Shown here piece by piece: positions 8,522 through 18,144 of a DNA stretch of 64,000 bases. A model generated the notes under the pieces. That model worked only from the letters and a program-made list of their open reading frames with translations, was not told the DNA's origin and searched no databases. The first letter of the stretch is position 1; every line of letters starts with the position of its first letter. The DNA lies in the NCBI GenBank assembly GCA_011772645.1, contig WVZE01000001.1, forward strand, positions 17,888-81,887, read 5' to 3'. This stretch comes from Candidatus Aenigmatarchaeota archaeon. GTDB lineage: Archaea; Aenigmatarchaeota; Aenigmatarchaeia; QMZP01; QMZT01. The position numbers and the translations under genes were made by a program.

Positions 8522-9990
8522 AATATCTTCTTCCCCGCGAAGAAATCGTTTATCTTCGAATCCAGGTCCTTTATTTTCACGCGTATCTGTTTCATTGAAT
8601 CGCGGTCGCGGAGGGTTACATCTTTCCTTTTTAACGAGTCGTAATCAACCGTTATCGCAAGAGGAACGCCCAGCTGGTCGTAGATCACGTAGCGCTTCCC
8701 GATCGACTGCTTCTCGTCGTATTTCGTTTCGAATTTAGTTTTGAGAAGGTCGTGTATCTCCCTCGCCTTCTTGCCGATCCCGTCTTTCCGGACGAGCGGG
8801 AGTATCACGATGTCAAGGGGCGTGAGCTCTCTTGGGAACTTTAGGACGGGCTTTCCTTTCCTTTCGGAAAGGGAATTTTCTAGAACCGCGTAAAATATGC
8901 GATCGAGGCCCATGGAAAGCTCGAACACGTGAGGAACGAATTTTTCATCGTCCTCAACTACTGAAAGATCCGCCTTCGAAACCTTCGAATGCGAGGAGAG
9001 GTCGAAATCCGTCCGGTAGTTGCAGGCCACGAGCTCCAGCCAACCAACGCTCGTGTTAACCTCGAAGTCCCATGTTTCTTTCGAATAAAAAGCTTTCGCT
9101 TTATCCTCGAGTTCGCGGAAGCGAATATTTTTAGGATCGAGCCCGGCCTTCTCGAAGAATTCCTGGGTGATCGCCAGATAGTAACCTATGAGTTTTCCTG
9201 AAATTATTTTATTCTTAACCGCTTCGCCCAGGCTGACAGGTTCGATCTTGTCCTTTCCGAGGAGTTTCAGGCGAAGCTTCTTGTTTTTGTACTTTTCGAA
9301 TTCCGGGAAATCGTTGATTTTCTTGGGGTTGAAGAAGACCTCGGTCTCGAACTGGCTGAATTCCCTGGTCCGGACAAGGCCCTGGCGAGGGGAGATTTCA
9401 TTCCTGAAGGCCCTCCCAACCTGCGATATCGCCAGGGGTAGGGAAACCCTGGAAGTCTTATATATCTTCTGGAATGCGGTGAATATGTTCTGGCATGTCT
9501 CCGGCCGAAGGTAGGCGTTGTATTCCTTCGAGAGCGGGCCTATCGAAGTCCCTATCATCATGTTGAATTTTTTCACGTTCGAAAGCCCTCCTTTGCATTC
9601 TGGACAGGTGATCTTGTGTTTCTTTATTAAATCGTTGAATTCCTTTGTATCAAGGGCTTCTGGAATTATTTTTCCTGTTTTCCCTTCTATCAGTTTGTCT
9701 GCACGGAAAATCTTGTGGCATTTCTTGCATTGTACGAGAGGGTCGGCAAAGCTCTTCAGGTGTCCTGAAGCCTCGAAGTTCTTTTTCGGGAGTATCAGGC
9801 AGCCCTCGATTTCGAGAGAATCGGTTTTTCGGACGATCTCCCTCCTCCATAGGTCTATTATCCTCCTTCTCAGTATCGTCCCCAAATGTCCGAAATCCCA
9901 GAATCCCGAGGGAGGGGAATGTATTTCGGCTGAGGGGAAGAAGAGACCTCTCTGATCAGCAAGTTCATGTATTCTCTCGAATTTTCCCAT
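8518..9990 (-). CDS. glyS: Glycine--tRNA ligase (archaeal/eukaryotic-type class II)
   Basis: 490 aa. 'RGLFFPSAEIHSPPSGFWDFGHLGT', 'YLRPETCQ', 'GRAFRNEISPR..L.R.REF' and an anticodon-binding C-terminus identify it. Confidence 0.9.
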   Translation of the reverse strand: MGKFERIHELADQRGLFFPSAEIHSPPSGFWDFGHLGTILRRRIIDLWRREIVRKTDSLEIEGCLILPKKNFEASGHLKSFADPLVQCKKCHKIFRADKLIEGKTGKIIPEALDTKEFNDLIKKHKITCPECKGGLSNVKKFNMMIGTSIGPLSKEYNAYLRPETCQNIFTAFQKIYKTSRVSLPLAISQVGRAFRNEISPRQGLVRTREFSQFETEVFFNPKKINDFPEFEKYKNKKLRLKLLGKDKIEPVSLGEAVKNKIISGKLIGYYLAITQEFFEKAGLDPKNIRFRELEDKAKAFYSKETWDFEVNTSVGWLELVACNYRTDFDLSSHSKVSKADLSVVEDDEKFVPHVFELSMGLDRIFYAVLENSLSERKGKPVLKFPRELTPLDIVILPLVRKDGIGKKAREIHDLLKTKFETKYDEKQSIGKRYVIYDQLGVPLAITVDYDSLKRKDVTLRDRDSMKQIRVKIKDLDSKINDFFAGKKIF

Positions 9991-10042
9991 AAAAACACCC
10001 GGTTATATAAATTTATTAGAGTTTCTTTAATAAGAATAATCT

Positions 10043-10711
10043 ATGTCAAAATCGAAACGTGTTTTGAGGGCGGACTTTCATGTGCACACCTATCACTCTC
10101 TGGACAGCAACCTCACTCCGAAATCCATAATAGATAGGGCAAAGGAGATTGGTTTGGATGTGGTGGGCGTGGTTGACCACGGGAGTGTTGAGGGAGGGAA
10201 GGAGACCGAAACTCTCGCTAGGAAGGTAGCGAAAGACCTGATTGTTTTCGCAGGTGAGGAGATAAGAACAAGTGAGGGGGAGATCATGGCGTTCAACATA
10301 GACAGAACCATCCCCCAGCTAATGGATCTGATCGAGACGTGCGAGATCGTCAAGAAACTCGGAGGGTTCATCGTTCTTCCCCACCCCTTTGACAGGTTAA
10401 GGGGATGTGTGGGTAAATCCGCCCACAAGATAGTCAAATACGTTGACGCCGTAGAGGGGTTTAACGCAAGAAGCGTGCGTAACGGATTCAACAAGAAGGC
10501 CGTGAAGTTTTCGAAGGAGAATGGTTTGCCTCTGGTGGCAGGATCGGACGCTCATTTTTCAGAGGAGATAGGGAAGGGGATTACGCTGATAGATTCCGAA
10601 TGGGGAAAGGAGGGTGTTTTGAAGGCGATAAGGTCAGGGAAGACGGAGATCTCAGGGGAAAAGTCGGGAATCAAACCACATATAAAGACGTTTTTTCAGA
10701 AGTTCAGGTAA
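10043..10711 (+). CDS. PHP-domain metal-dependent phosphoesterase
   Basis: 'ADFHVHTYHSLDS', 'VVDHGS', 'LPHPFD' and 'GSDAHF' are PHP motifs. Confidence 0.8.
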   Translation: MSKSKRVLRADFHVHTYHSLDSNLTPKSIIDRAKEIGLDVVGVVDHGSVEGGKETETLARKVAKDLIVFAGEEIRTSEGEIMAFNIDRTIPQLMDLIETCEIVKKLGGFIVLPHPFDRLRGCVGKSAHKIVKYVDAVEGFNARSVRNGFNKKAVKFSKENGLPLVAGSDAHFSEEIGKGITLIDSEWGKEGVLKAIRSGKTEISGEKSGIKPHIKTFFQKFR

Positions 10712-11705
10712 GCGTTTCGCGTATGGTTGAATTCAGGGTTTTTTCTATGTCTTCGAGGTTTTCGTATTTCTTCAGCTCATTCGAAATATCCTCGATGGAC
10801 TGGATGAGAGGTTCCGGTAACGTGCCGGAAAATTTCCCGGTTTGCAAATCTATTTCATCCGCAATCCTGTCGTTTAACTCCGCAACAACTGGGTTCATCA
10901 GGATCAGGAACGAGAATATGAAAACCGAGAGCAGCAAATACCCAACAAACATCATGTTACCGGTTCTGTACGACACGAACTTGATTCGTTTGAAAAAAAC
11001 GAAAGTGGTAACGGCTATTGTTATCAGAAAAAGCAGGCTTAAAGGGAAGCCGTACAAGAAAATTGAAACCCCATAGGACACGCTGCTCAGTACGCCGAAA
11101 ATCCAGAACAGTATTTTTTTGCTCTTTATCTCCCTTCCCTTGAATTTGAACTTGTAAAGCATGTAACCTGTTGTGTAGATGAGTGAGACGGAAAGCACCA
11201 GCCAGAACGGGAACTGCAAAATGTTCGAGCTCAATGCAAACCACCCCGTGCTGTACTTTAAAAACTCGATGGCTGTCATGTTCACGCTCGTCTTGGCAAC
11301 GCTCCTCTTGAACCGGGTTCTGGGAGAGGTGTGGAGGAAGTTGAGGAACAAGAGGGTCAGCATGATCGATAAAAACCACCTGTTGACAAAGAACGAAAGG
11401 GAAAGTCCCGCCACCATGAAAGTCAGGGCCAGGTATTTTGCCTTTTTGATGCTCAGGTCCCCGCTTGCTATCAGTTTCCATTTGAGTTTCTCCCTGTCTC
11501 TTTTGTCGGTTTTGAAATCCACCACATCGTTGTACATGTACACAGAGGAATACGTGATCACGAAAGCGGCCGCTCCCAAGATCGCGATGGATATTTCGAA
11601 GGTTCCGGTTATCAGCCAGAGCAGCAGAACCCCGAACGTGAACTGTATTACATTCTTGGGAAGACTCGCCATGATTGAGTTGAAAAATATATTTTTCATC
11701 TTCAT
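10704..11705 (-). CDS. UbiA-superfamily prenyltransferase (integral membrane) with a soluble C-terminal tail
   Basis: It is a polytopic membrane protein with the Asp-rich motif 'YMYNDVVDFKTDKRD' (NDxxDxxxD). The substrate cannot be assigned from sequence alone. Confidence 0.65.
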   Translation of the reverse strand: MKMKNIFFNSIMASLPKNVIQFTFGVLLLWLITGTFEISIAILGAAAFVITYSSVYMYNDVVDFKTDKRDREKLKWKLIASGDLSIKKAKYLALTFMVAGLSLSFFVNRWFLSIMLTLLFLNFLHTSPRTRFKRSVAKTSVNMTAIEFLKYSTGWFALSSNILQFPFWLVLSVSLIYTTGYMLYKFKFKGREIKSKKILFWIFGVLSSVSYGVSIFLYGFPLSLLFLITIAVTTFVFFKRIKFVSYRTGNMMFVGYLLLSVFIFSFLILMNPVVAELNDRIADEIDLQTGKFSGTLPEPLIQSIEDISNELKKYENLEDIEKTLNSTIRETLT

Positions 11706-11763
11706 GATACCATCCCTGAAGGGCGTGTTCGTAATTTATATTTGAAGTTAGCTTAATAAATTT

Positions 11764-12366
11764 ATGAGCGGAGACGAACCTGACTGGACAAGGTTCTGGG
11801 AGGGGAAGAGAGCCTTCAGATCTTTCCTGTTTTACAGGATTTATGAGAGGTTCCGGGCGAGAAGTTATTTCAGTTTGCTGAAAAACATGAATCTGAAAGA
11901 CAAACGTATTCTTGAACTAGGCGGAGGCTCCGGTTATATCTGCAAACTCATTTGCGAAAAATTCGATTGCAAAGGGACGGTGGTAGACAACAACGAAAAG
12001 GCGTACGAAATATTCAAAAGGGTGATCGGGAACGAACGGGTGAATTACATTCTGGAGGATATGTTTAAACACGAAAAGAGGGGATACGATCTGGTCTTCT
12101 CTGACGGGCTGATAGAGCATTTCCATTTGGGGAAAAGAGAAGATATAATTTCACTGCACAGGAAGTTCGCCAAGAAAGGGGGATTCGTGATGTTCTTTGT
12201 TCCGAAAAAATCCTGGCTGGTTGAACGCTTCATGTCCATGGAGGAAGGATATGAGGAAAAAATGGATTCGAAGCAGCTGATAGAGGAGACGTCAATACCC
12301 GGTCTGAAACTGGTATCGACCAATAAGGATTTCCATATGATCGGCGTACTCTACAAGGCCGAGTGA
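11764..12366 (+). CDS. Class I SAM-dependent methyltransferase
   Basis: It has motif I 'ILELGGGSGYI' and an acidic residue after beta-2 ('VVDNN'). Confidence 0.7.
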   Translation: MSGDEPDWTRFWEGKRAFRSFLFYRIYERFRARSYFSLLKNMNLKDKRILELGGGSGYICKLICEKFDCKGTVVDNNEKAYEIFKRVIGNERVNYILEDMFKHEKRGYDLVFSDGLIEHFHLGKREDIISLHRKFAKKGGFVMFFVPKKSWLVERFMSMEEGYEEKMDSKQLIEETSIPGLKLVSTNKDFHMIGVLYKAE

Positions 12367-12403
12367 ATCAAATTATAAAAGCAATCATTTCTTATAATAA
12401 CTT

Positions 12404-13927
12404 ATGAAGGTCCAAGAAATTCTCGAGATGCTGCATCCCCTGGAAAGAAGGGTTATTCCCTTTCTTAGGGGCGGCGTTGAACTTAATGACATCGCCGAGA
12501 AATCAGGAATGAAAAAGATCGAGGCGATGAGGGCGCTTCAGTGGCTGGAGAACAAGGATATCCTGAAGATAAAATCCGTTTCAAAGGAGATCATAAGCCT
12601 GGATGAAAACGGCAGGGCATACCTCGATAAAGGTCTGCCTGAAAGGAGGTTTCTGGAACATCTGGATGGTGAGATGTCTCTCACAGAAATAAAGGAGAGG
12701 GCAAAACTTAACGACGATGAGGTTAGGATAGCGTTAGGGGTATTGAAATCAAAATACGCCATATCAATACTCGGTAACCGGGTGGAAGCAACCGGTAAGA
12801 AAAGAGAATTGCTCAAAGATGGCTTCCCGGAGGAAACTTTCCTAAAACGTCTCCCACTCAATGTCTCGGATCTGGACCAAAGGGGCAAAACCGCATACTC
12901 AAAGTTGAGTAAGAGAAAAAGGATCATTAAGAGGGAGGAGGTCAAGCTCAAGTATGTGGATCTGACTAAACTCGGAAAAGAGGTTATCTCTAAATTCAAA
13001 AAGACGAAAATCGGTGATCTGGTGGAAAGGTTGACCCCGAAGATGTTGAAGGATGGAAGCTGGAAAGGGAAGGATTTCAGGAGGTATGATATCAAGATAA
13101 ATGTCCCGAAGATATACGGAGGGAGGAGACATTTTGTAAACCAAGCGGTAGAGTATGCAAGAAGGATTTGGCTTGATCTGGGTTTTAAGGAAATGACAGG
13201 AAATATGTTGCAAACCAGTTTCTGGAACTTCGATGCCTTGTTTCAACCCCAGGATCATCCTGCTCGGGATCTAATGGACACCATGTTCATTAAAAACCCG
13301 AAATACGGGAGACTCCTGAACAAAAAAGTGGTTGAGAGAGTTAAGAAAACGCATGAGAACGGATGGACAACAAGGAGTATTGGATGGAGATATAAATGGG
13401 ATGAAAGGGAAGCCAGAAAAAACTGCATGAGAACGCACACGACAGTCTTATCCGCAAAAACGATAGCCTTGCTGAAGAAATCGGATTTGCCAGCGAAGTT
13501 CTTCTCATTCGGAAAAAACTTCAGAAATGAAACCTTGGATTGGTCACATCTCTTTGAGTTGATCCAGACTGATGGCATCGTTGTGGATCCCGATGCGAAT
13601 TTCAGGCATCTGCTAGGATATTTGAGGGAGTTCTTTAGGAAAATGGGATTTGAAAAGATAAGGTTCAGGCCTGCATATTTCCCTTACACTGAAATGAGCG
13701 TTGAACCTGAAGTTTTTCATCCCGTTCACAAGAAATGGGTTGAACTGGGAGGCTCGGGTATATTCAGGCCAGAGGTTGTGAAACCGTTGCTCGGGGAGGA
13801 TATACCGGTCCTAGCATGGGGTCTAGGATTTGATAGGACAATAATGGACTACTATGGTTTAAACGATATCAGAAAGTTGTATAAAAATGATTTAAAACAG
13901 CTGAGAGAAACAAAAATATGGTTATAA
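12404..13927 (+). CDS. pheS: Phenylalanine--tRNA ligase alpha subunit
   Basis: 507 aa with N-terminal winged-helix repeats. The class II core includes 'FQPQDHPARD', 'RTHTT' and 'FRNE...H..EF.Q.DG', ending 'AWGLGFDR'. Confidence 0.9.
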   Translation: MKVQEILEMLHPLERRVIPFLRGGVELNDIAEKSGMKKIEAMRALQWLENKDILKIKSVSKEIISLDENGRAYLDKGLPERRFLEHLDGEMSLTEIKERAKLNDDEVRIALGVLKSKYAISILGNRVEATGKKRELLKDGFPEETFLKRLPLNVSDLDQRGKTAYSKLSKRKRIIKREEVKLKYVDLTKLGKEVISKFKKTKIGDLVERLTPKMLKDGSWKGKDFRRYDIKINVPKIYGGRRHFVNQAVEYARRIWLDLGFKEMTGNMLQTSFWNFDALFQPQDHPARDLMDTMFIKNPKYGRLLNKKVVERVKKTHENGWTTRSIGWRYKWDEREARKNCMRTHTTVLSAKTIALLKKSDLPAKFFSFGKNFRNETLDWSHLFELIQTDGIVVDPDANFRHLLGYLREFFRKMGFEKIRFRPAYFPYTEMSVEPEVFHPVHKKWVELGGSGIFRPEVVKPLLGEDIPVLAWGLGFDRTIMDYYGLNDIRKLYKNDLKQLRETKIWL

Positions 13928-13936
13928 GGTGAGCGA

Positions 13937-15583
13937 ATGCCGACAGTTACGTTAAACAGAAAGGTTTTCGAAAGATTGGTGGGGAAGAGTTTTCCCATAG
14001 AAAAACTCAAGGATAGGATAAGCTACCTGGGGACAGATCTTGAGAGTGTAGAGAGCGATAAAATCGTGGTTGAAGTTTTTCCCAACAGGCCTGATATGCT
14101 CTCTGAACAGGGATTTGCAAGGGCGTTTTCATCATTCGTTGGCGTAAAAACCGGGTTGAAGAAGTACAATATAAAAAAATCAGGATTCAAGGTTATTGTT
14201 GACAGATCAGTTACCATGCGACCCTATACAGCATGTGCCTTGGTTAAAAATATGAAATTTACTGATGAACGAATCAAGGAAACCATGCAACTCCAAGAAA
14301 AGCTTTCTACCACTCATGGGAGAGCAAGAAGAAAATCAGAATATGGTATCTATCCCAGTGTCAAAATTAAATTCCCGGTAAGATATATAGCAAAGGATCC
14401 CAAGACCGTGACATTTGTTCCTCTCGGTATGAATAAGCCAATCAGAGCGGACAGGGTTGAACAACTTCATCACACAGGAAAGGCATTTAAACACATTACA
14501 GAGGGCTGGAAGAAATATCCCTTTTTCATTGATGCCAGCGGTAAGGTCCTGTCAATGTTGCCGTATACGAATTCCAATGACACAGGCAAAGTGGATGAAA
14601 CCACAAAAGAAATATTCATTGAATGTACTGGAACGAACCTTGAGAATGTGAACACAGCGCTGAATATTTTAGTTACCACATTTGCGGACATGGGTGGAGA
14701 AATATACAGCATAGAGATGGTTTACCCCAACAAAAAAATCACAACACCAAACCTTACTCCAAAGAAGATGAAAATAGATTGTGACTACGTGAACAAGCTG
14801 CTTGACCTGAAACTTTCGAAAAAACAGATCTTCAATCTTTTGAAAATAATGGGCTATGGTGAAGAAAGGGGGAATGTCCTCATCCCAGCCTATAGGGGAG
14901 ATGTAATGCATCAGATGGATTTGGTGGAGGATGTCGCGATAGCATACGGTTATGAAAATTTTGAACCGGAAATCCCTAACATCGCGACAGTAGGCTCTGA
15001 GGATGAGTTTTCTGTCTTTGCCTCGAAGGTAGCGAATATTATGGTGGGCCTAGGGTTCATTGAGACGAGCACATACCATCTTACCAACAAACGGAATCTT
15101 AATGAAAAAATGCTTACAGATATGGACTTTATAGAAATAGATAACAGCAAGAATAGCGAATATAATGTTCTAAGATCATGGATGATCCCCTCATTGATGA
15201 ATGTTCTGGGCAGCAACACAAGGTACGAATATCCGCAGAGACTTTTTGAAATAGGAACTGTTTTCAAGAAAGGGGGGAAGGAAACCGGTGTTCAGGAATT
15301 TTCAAGGTTAGGAGTTGTGATTTGCGATAAGGACATGACGTTTACTGACATGAAACAGGTGATGGATTCGTTTTTTAATTCTCTGAACGTGAAATACGGC
15401 ATAAAAGGAGTAGATCACCCCTCGTTCATATCAGGAAGGGTGGGGAGGGTTTCGGTCAAAGGAAAGAAGATCGCCTACATAGGGGAGATCCACCCTCAGG
15501 TTCTTGAGAATTTCGGGATCGAGCAGCCTGTATGCGCTTTCGAGGTGAACCTGAGCGATATGTTGGAAATTCTGAAAAAATAG
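13937..15583 (+). CDS. pheT: Phenylalanine--tRNA ligase beta subunit
   Basis: 548 aa. 'MPTVTLNRKVFERLVGK...NRPDMLSEQG' (B3/4 domain) is an archaeal PheT pattern. An SD-like 'GGTGA' precedes the start and the gene directly follows pheS. Confidence 0.9.
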   Translation: MPTVTLNRKVFERLVGKSFPIEKLKDRISYLGTDLESVESDKIVVEVFPNRPDMLSEQGFARAFSSFVGVKTGLKKYNIKKSGFKVIVDRSVTMRPYTACALVKNMKFTDERIKETMQLQEKLSTTHGRARRKSEYGIYPSVKIKFPVRYIAKDPKTVTFVPLGMNKPIRADRVEQLHHTGKAFKHITEGWKKYPFFIDASGKVLSMLPYTNSNDTGKVDETTKEIFIECTGTNLENVNTALNILVTTFADMGGEIYSIEMVYPNKKITTPNLTPKKMKIDCDYVNKLLDLKLSKKQIFNLLKIMGYGEERGNVLIPAYRGDVMHQMDLVEDVAIAYGYENFEPEIPNIATVGSEDEFSVFASKVANIMVGLGFIETSTYHLTNKRNLNEKMLTDMDFIEIDNSKNSEYNVLRSWMIPSLMNVLGSNTRYEYPQRLFEIGTVFKKGGKETGVQEFSRLGVVICDKDMTFTDMKQVMDSFFNSLNVKYGIKGVDHPSFISGRVGRVSVKGKKIAYIGEIHPQVLENFGIEQPVCAFEVNLSDMLEILKK

Positions 15584-16345
15584 TTATCTCACCAGCCAGC
15601 CGAATAAACGTAAGCTCATGGGTTTTCTGGGTGCGTATTCCTCTCCGATAAGTGTGGCTGCCACCGATCTCATGTGCTGCGCGGCGAAGGATTTCGGGTT
15701 GTGGTAAACAACTGGCTCTTTCAGGGCGATTGACTTACGGACTTCCCTGTCCTCCGGGATTCTTCCGATGACGGGAACGCCCAGCATCTCCTCTATGTGT
15801 TCTATCGGAACTTCGTGCGACTCCTTCTTTATTCGGTTGACCACCACGCCCAAGTTGTGGGTTTCGAACTTCTCAGCGAGCAGGCCCAGTTTCATCGCGT
15901 CCGTTACGGCCGGGAGTTCTGGGTTGGTTATGGTTATCATTTCATCCGCAGCCTCTATAGAAGCCCTCGCTTCTCTCCCCAGACCCGCGGCCGAATCTAT
16001 CAGGAGAAAATCCGTTCCTTCCATAAGTTTGTAAAAAACATCAACAAAATCATTGGATTTGACATTCCTTATCTTTCTCAGAGATATGTCAGCGGGTATT
16101 ACCCTGAATCCGGTCTTGTGCTGGTAGGTTGCTTCGCGGATCGCTGCCCTTCCCTCCAGAACATCATGCAAGGTTTTCGGATACAGGTGAATTCCTAAAT
16201 GCAGGCCCAGGTTGGAAGTTGTCAGATTTGCGTCAAGAGCGACAACCGATTTCCCGTAAAGGGCGAGCGCTGCCGCAAGGTTCGCGACAAGCGTTGTTTT
16301 TCCAACGCCTCCCTTTCCAGAAGCCACTGTTATTACACGGGTCAT
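15584..16345 (-). CDS. minD: MinD/ParA-family P-loop ATPase (archaeal MinD-like)
   Basis: It carries the deviant Walker A 'SGKGGVGKTT', together with 'DANLTTSNL' and 'LIDSAAG'. Confidence 0.85.
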   Translation of the reverse strand: MTRVITVASGKGGVGKTTLVANLAAALALYGKSVVALDANLTTSNLGLHLGIHLYPKTLHDVLEGRAAIREATYQHKTGFRVIPADISLRKIRNVKSNDFVDVFYKLMEGTDFLLIDSAAGLGREARASIEAADEMITITNPELPAVTDAMKLGLLAEKFETHNLGVVVNRIKKESHEVPIEHIEEMLGVPVIGRIPEDREVRKSIALKEPVVYHNPKSFAAQHMRSVAATLIGEEYAPRKPMSLRLFGWLVR

Positions 16346-16433
16346 GTTTATAATTTATTTTTGAAAAGTTATAAATATATGCTGTTTCGGGAGATGACCT
16401 GGTTTATAAGGCCAAGTCATCTTTTGCCGGGTA

Positions 16434-16605
16434 CGGACCTGGTGGGAATTTCGAAGCCAGCGGTTGCTGGATGGCTGGAAACCAAACTTAGGTGGACGGC
16501 TTAATTCGATATGATCAAGCCGTCATGTGCTCTTTGGTTTCCAGTTTCGAACCCACGACCCCTCGCTTAGGAGGCGAGTGCTCTATCCAACTGAGCTACA
16601 GGTCC
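16434..16605 (-). tRNA. tRNA-Arg (anticodon CCU) interrupted by a 98-nt intron in the T-loop (near position 59/60)
   Basis: Exon 1 (16605..16546) reads GGACCTG TA GCTC AGTTGGATA GAGC A CTCGC CTCCTAA GCGAG GGGTC GTGGG TTCGAA. The intron spans 16545..16448. Exon 2 (16447..16434) reads T CCCAC CAGGTCC G. All four stems are Watson-Crick after intron removal. No CCA is encoded. Confidence 0.85.
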
Positions 16606-16642
16606 ATAGTGAGGTGTGCATCAATTTATCGCTGATTTATAA

Positions 16643-18112
16643 TTATAAATTGAAGAGGTTTTTAAAGAAATTCATCACGTTTTCTATAAATGCAGAAAAC
16701 CAGTTCTCATCTCTCTTTGAGATTATCCTGCCTGTCGTTACCATCCCCGCTGTTTCGTTCTCTGGTTCAGAAACATCAGAGGTTTCGTTCTCCATTGTTT
16801 GATTTTCCGGTTCCAAAGATTCCTTGATGAATATTTCCCTTGTTATATCATGTTTTTTGTTTTCGCACCATATCCTAACCCTCAGCTTGTATTCACCTGG
16901 CTCCGTGTCTTCCGCAATTCTGTTGCTGAGGGTCACGAGGGCGGAGGAATTCCCTGGTATGCTCGCATTTCGCCTGTTTGCATCCCATGTGTTTAACCAC
17001 TCGCTGCCGTCAAATCCGAGGGAGAGTGGTTTTTTCCCTTCGTATATGTAAGAGTAGAGAGTGTAATCTCTCTGGTAATCAAGGATGTTACTCATCCTGA
17101 CGTATATTTCAATTTCCTCGTCCTTGCTGATTTCGTAGGGGAAATAAATTATTTCAAACTCCTCCTCTTCATCTTCAGAGGTGCATTTGGGGCAGGGAGC
17201 GCAGGAACAGGTTGTTTCCCCATTTTCACAGGGAGGGCATTGCTCCGGGTCAGTTTCTCCACCCTTTACAACGATCAGTTTCTCGGCGAGGTCATTCGAA
17301 TGGTCAGAATCGTTGCATGGGAATTCCCTTATCTCAGCCACTATGTAATACGCCTCGGACCCTCCGATTTCTTTGGGCGTCCACTGTCTTGATATGTTTT
17401 TGTTGCAGGTCATGTTCTGGGTTGTGGTGTAGTTTGATCTCACCATTCTTCCGAATAGGTCCTCTATCCAGTATTCTATGCTCACTTCCTTTACTTCCTG
17501 ATCACATTCTCTGTCTTCAACACTTAGATGATAGTTTTGTCTCTCGCCTGAATTGAAAATCAGATCGGACGCTATGGAAAGCGAGAGATCGCAGGTCCCG
17601 TTGGTGACGTTGGTCTGGTTTGTTTCGTTGGTTTCATTCGTGTCTTTCGGGAGACATGTGTTTGGTAGACCTGGAGTTGAAATGTTCTGAAGAATAAAAG
17701 TCGAATTGCATAGTCCGTATGATCTATTAGTTTCAGAAGAGTTGTATACTATTTTTTGTAGGAGCGATGAACCGTTGTAGAGCGAGATGTTATCCCCGCT
17801 GTTTCTGAGGCTCATTCTGTTGTTTTCGAAAACCCTAACTTCTGAATCCCATATCTCTGCAAAAGCACTCGAGTTCTTCGTGATTATAATGAATTCATCC
17901 TTCCCGATAGAACCGTTCAGGGTTATTGGATTTTCACCAGTATCCACCGTTATGTTCTCTAAGGATAAATTAACATAGCTTGTGATCTCGATCCATTCGG
18001 AACAATCCCTGCAATTGTCATCAGGATCAGGCATGAACTCGTTTATCGTGATTGCCTGGACACTGTAAGCCGTCAAGAACAGCGAGATTACGAATACCAA
18101 ATAAACCCTCAT
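16643..18112 (-). CDS. Secreted lamin-tail-domain (LTD) protein, rich in Cys and N-glycosylation sequons
   Basis: It has a signal peptide ('MRVYLVFVISLFLTAYSVQA'). The LTD-like segment is 'ITINEFMPDPD...EWIEI...LRNSGDNISLYN'. It contains many NxS/T sequons ('NETNETNQTNVTNGT'), a Cys cluster 'CPPCENGETTCSCAPCPKC' and an acidic run. Confidence 0.6.
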   Translation of the reverse strand: MRVYLVFVISLFLTAYSVQAITINEFMPDPDDNCRDCSEWIEITSYVNLSLENITVDTGENPITLNGSIGKDEFIIITKNSSAFAEIWDSEVRVFENNRMSLRNSGDNISLYNGSSLLQKIVYNSSETNRSYGLCNSTFILQNISTPGLPNTCLPKDTNETNETNQTNVTNGTCDLSLSIASDLIFNSGERQNYHLSVEDRECDQEVKEVSIEYWIEDLFGRMVRSNYTTTQNMTCNKNISRQWTPKEIGGSEAYYIVAEIREFPCNDSDHSNDLAEKLIVVKGGETDPEQCPPCENGETTCSCAPCPKCTSEDEEEEFEIIYFPYEISKDEEIEIYVRMSNILDYQRDYTLYSYIYEGKKPLSLGFDGSEWLNTWDANRRNASIPGNSSALVTLSNRIAEDTEPGEYKLRVRIWCENKKHDITREIFIKESLEPENQTMENETSDVSEPENETAGMVTTGRIISKRDENWFSAFIENVMNFFKNLFNL

Positions 18113-18144
18113 GAAGAAATCTGGAATTATGTACTAAAATATAT

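Noticed and set aside
16393-16421. The 10-bp-stem hairpin just 3' of tRNA-Arg, considered as an independent ncRNA.
   Set aside because: It is too short and has no conserved features I can recognise. It is most simply a 3'-trailer or terminator structure, and I mention it only under the tRNA finding.
16199-16802. Track ORFs 16199..16504 and 16527..16802 (+), and 42925..43173 (-), in otherwise 'empty' regions.
   Set aside because: They run across the intron-containing tRNA-Arg and tRNA-Ile genes. The cloverleaf models explain these regions much better.
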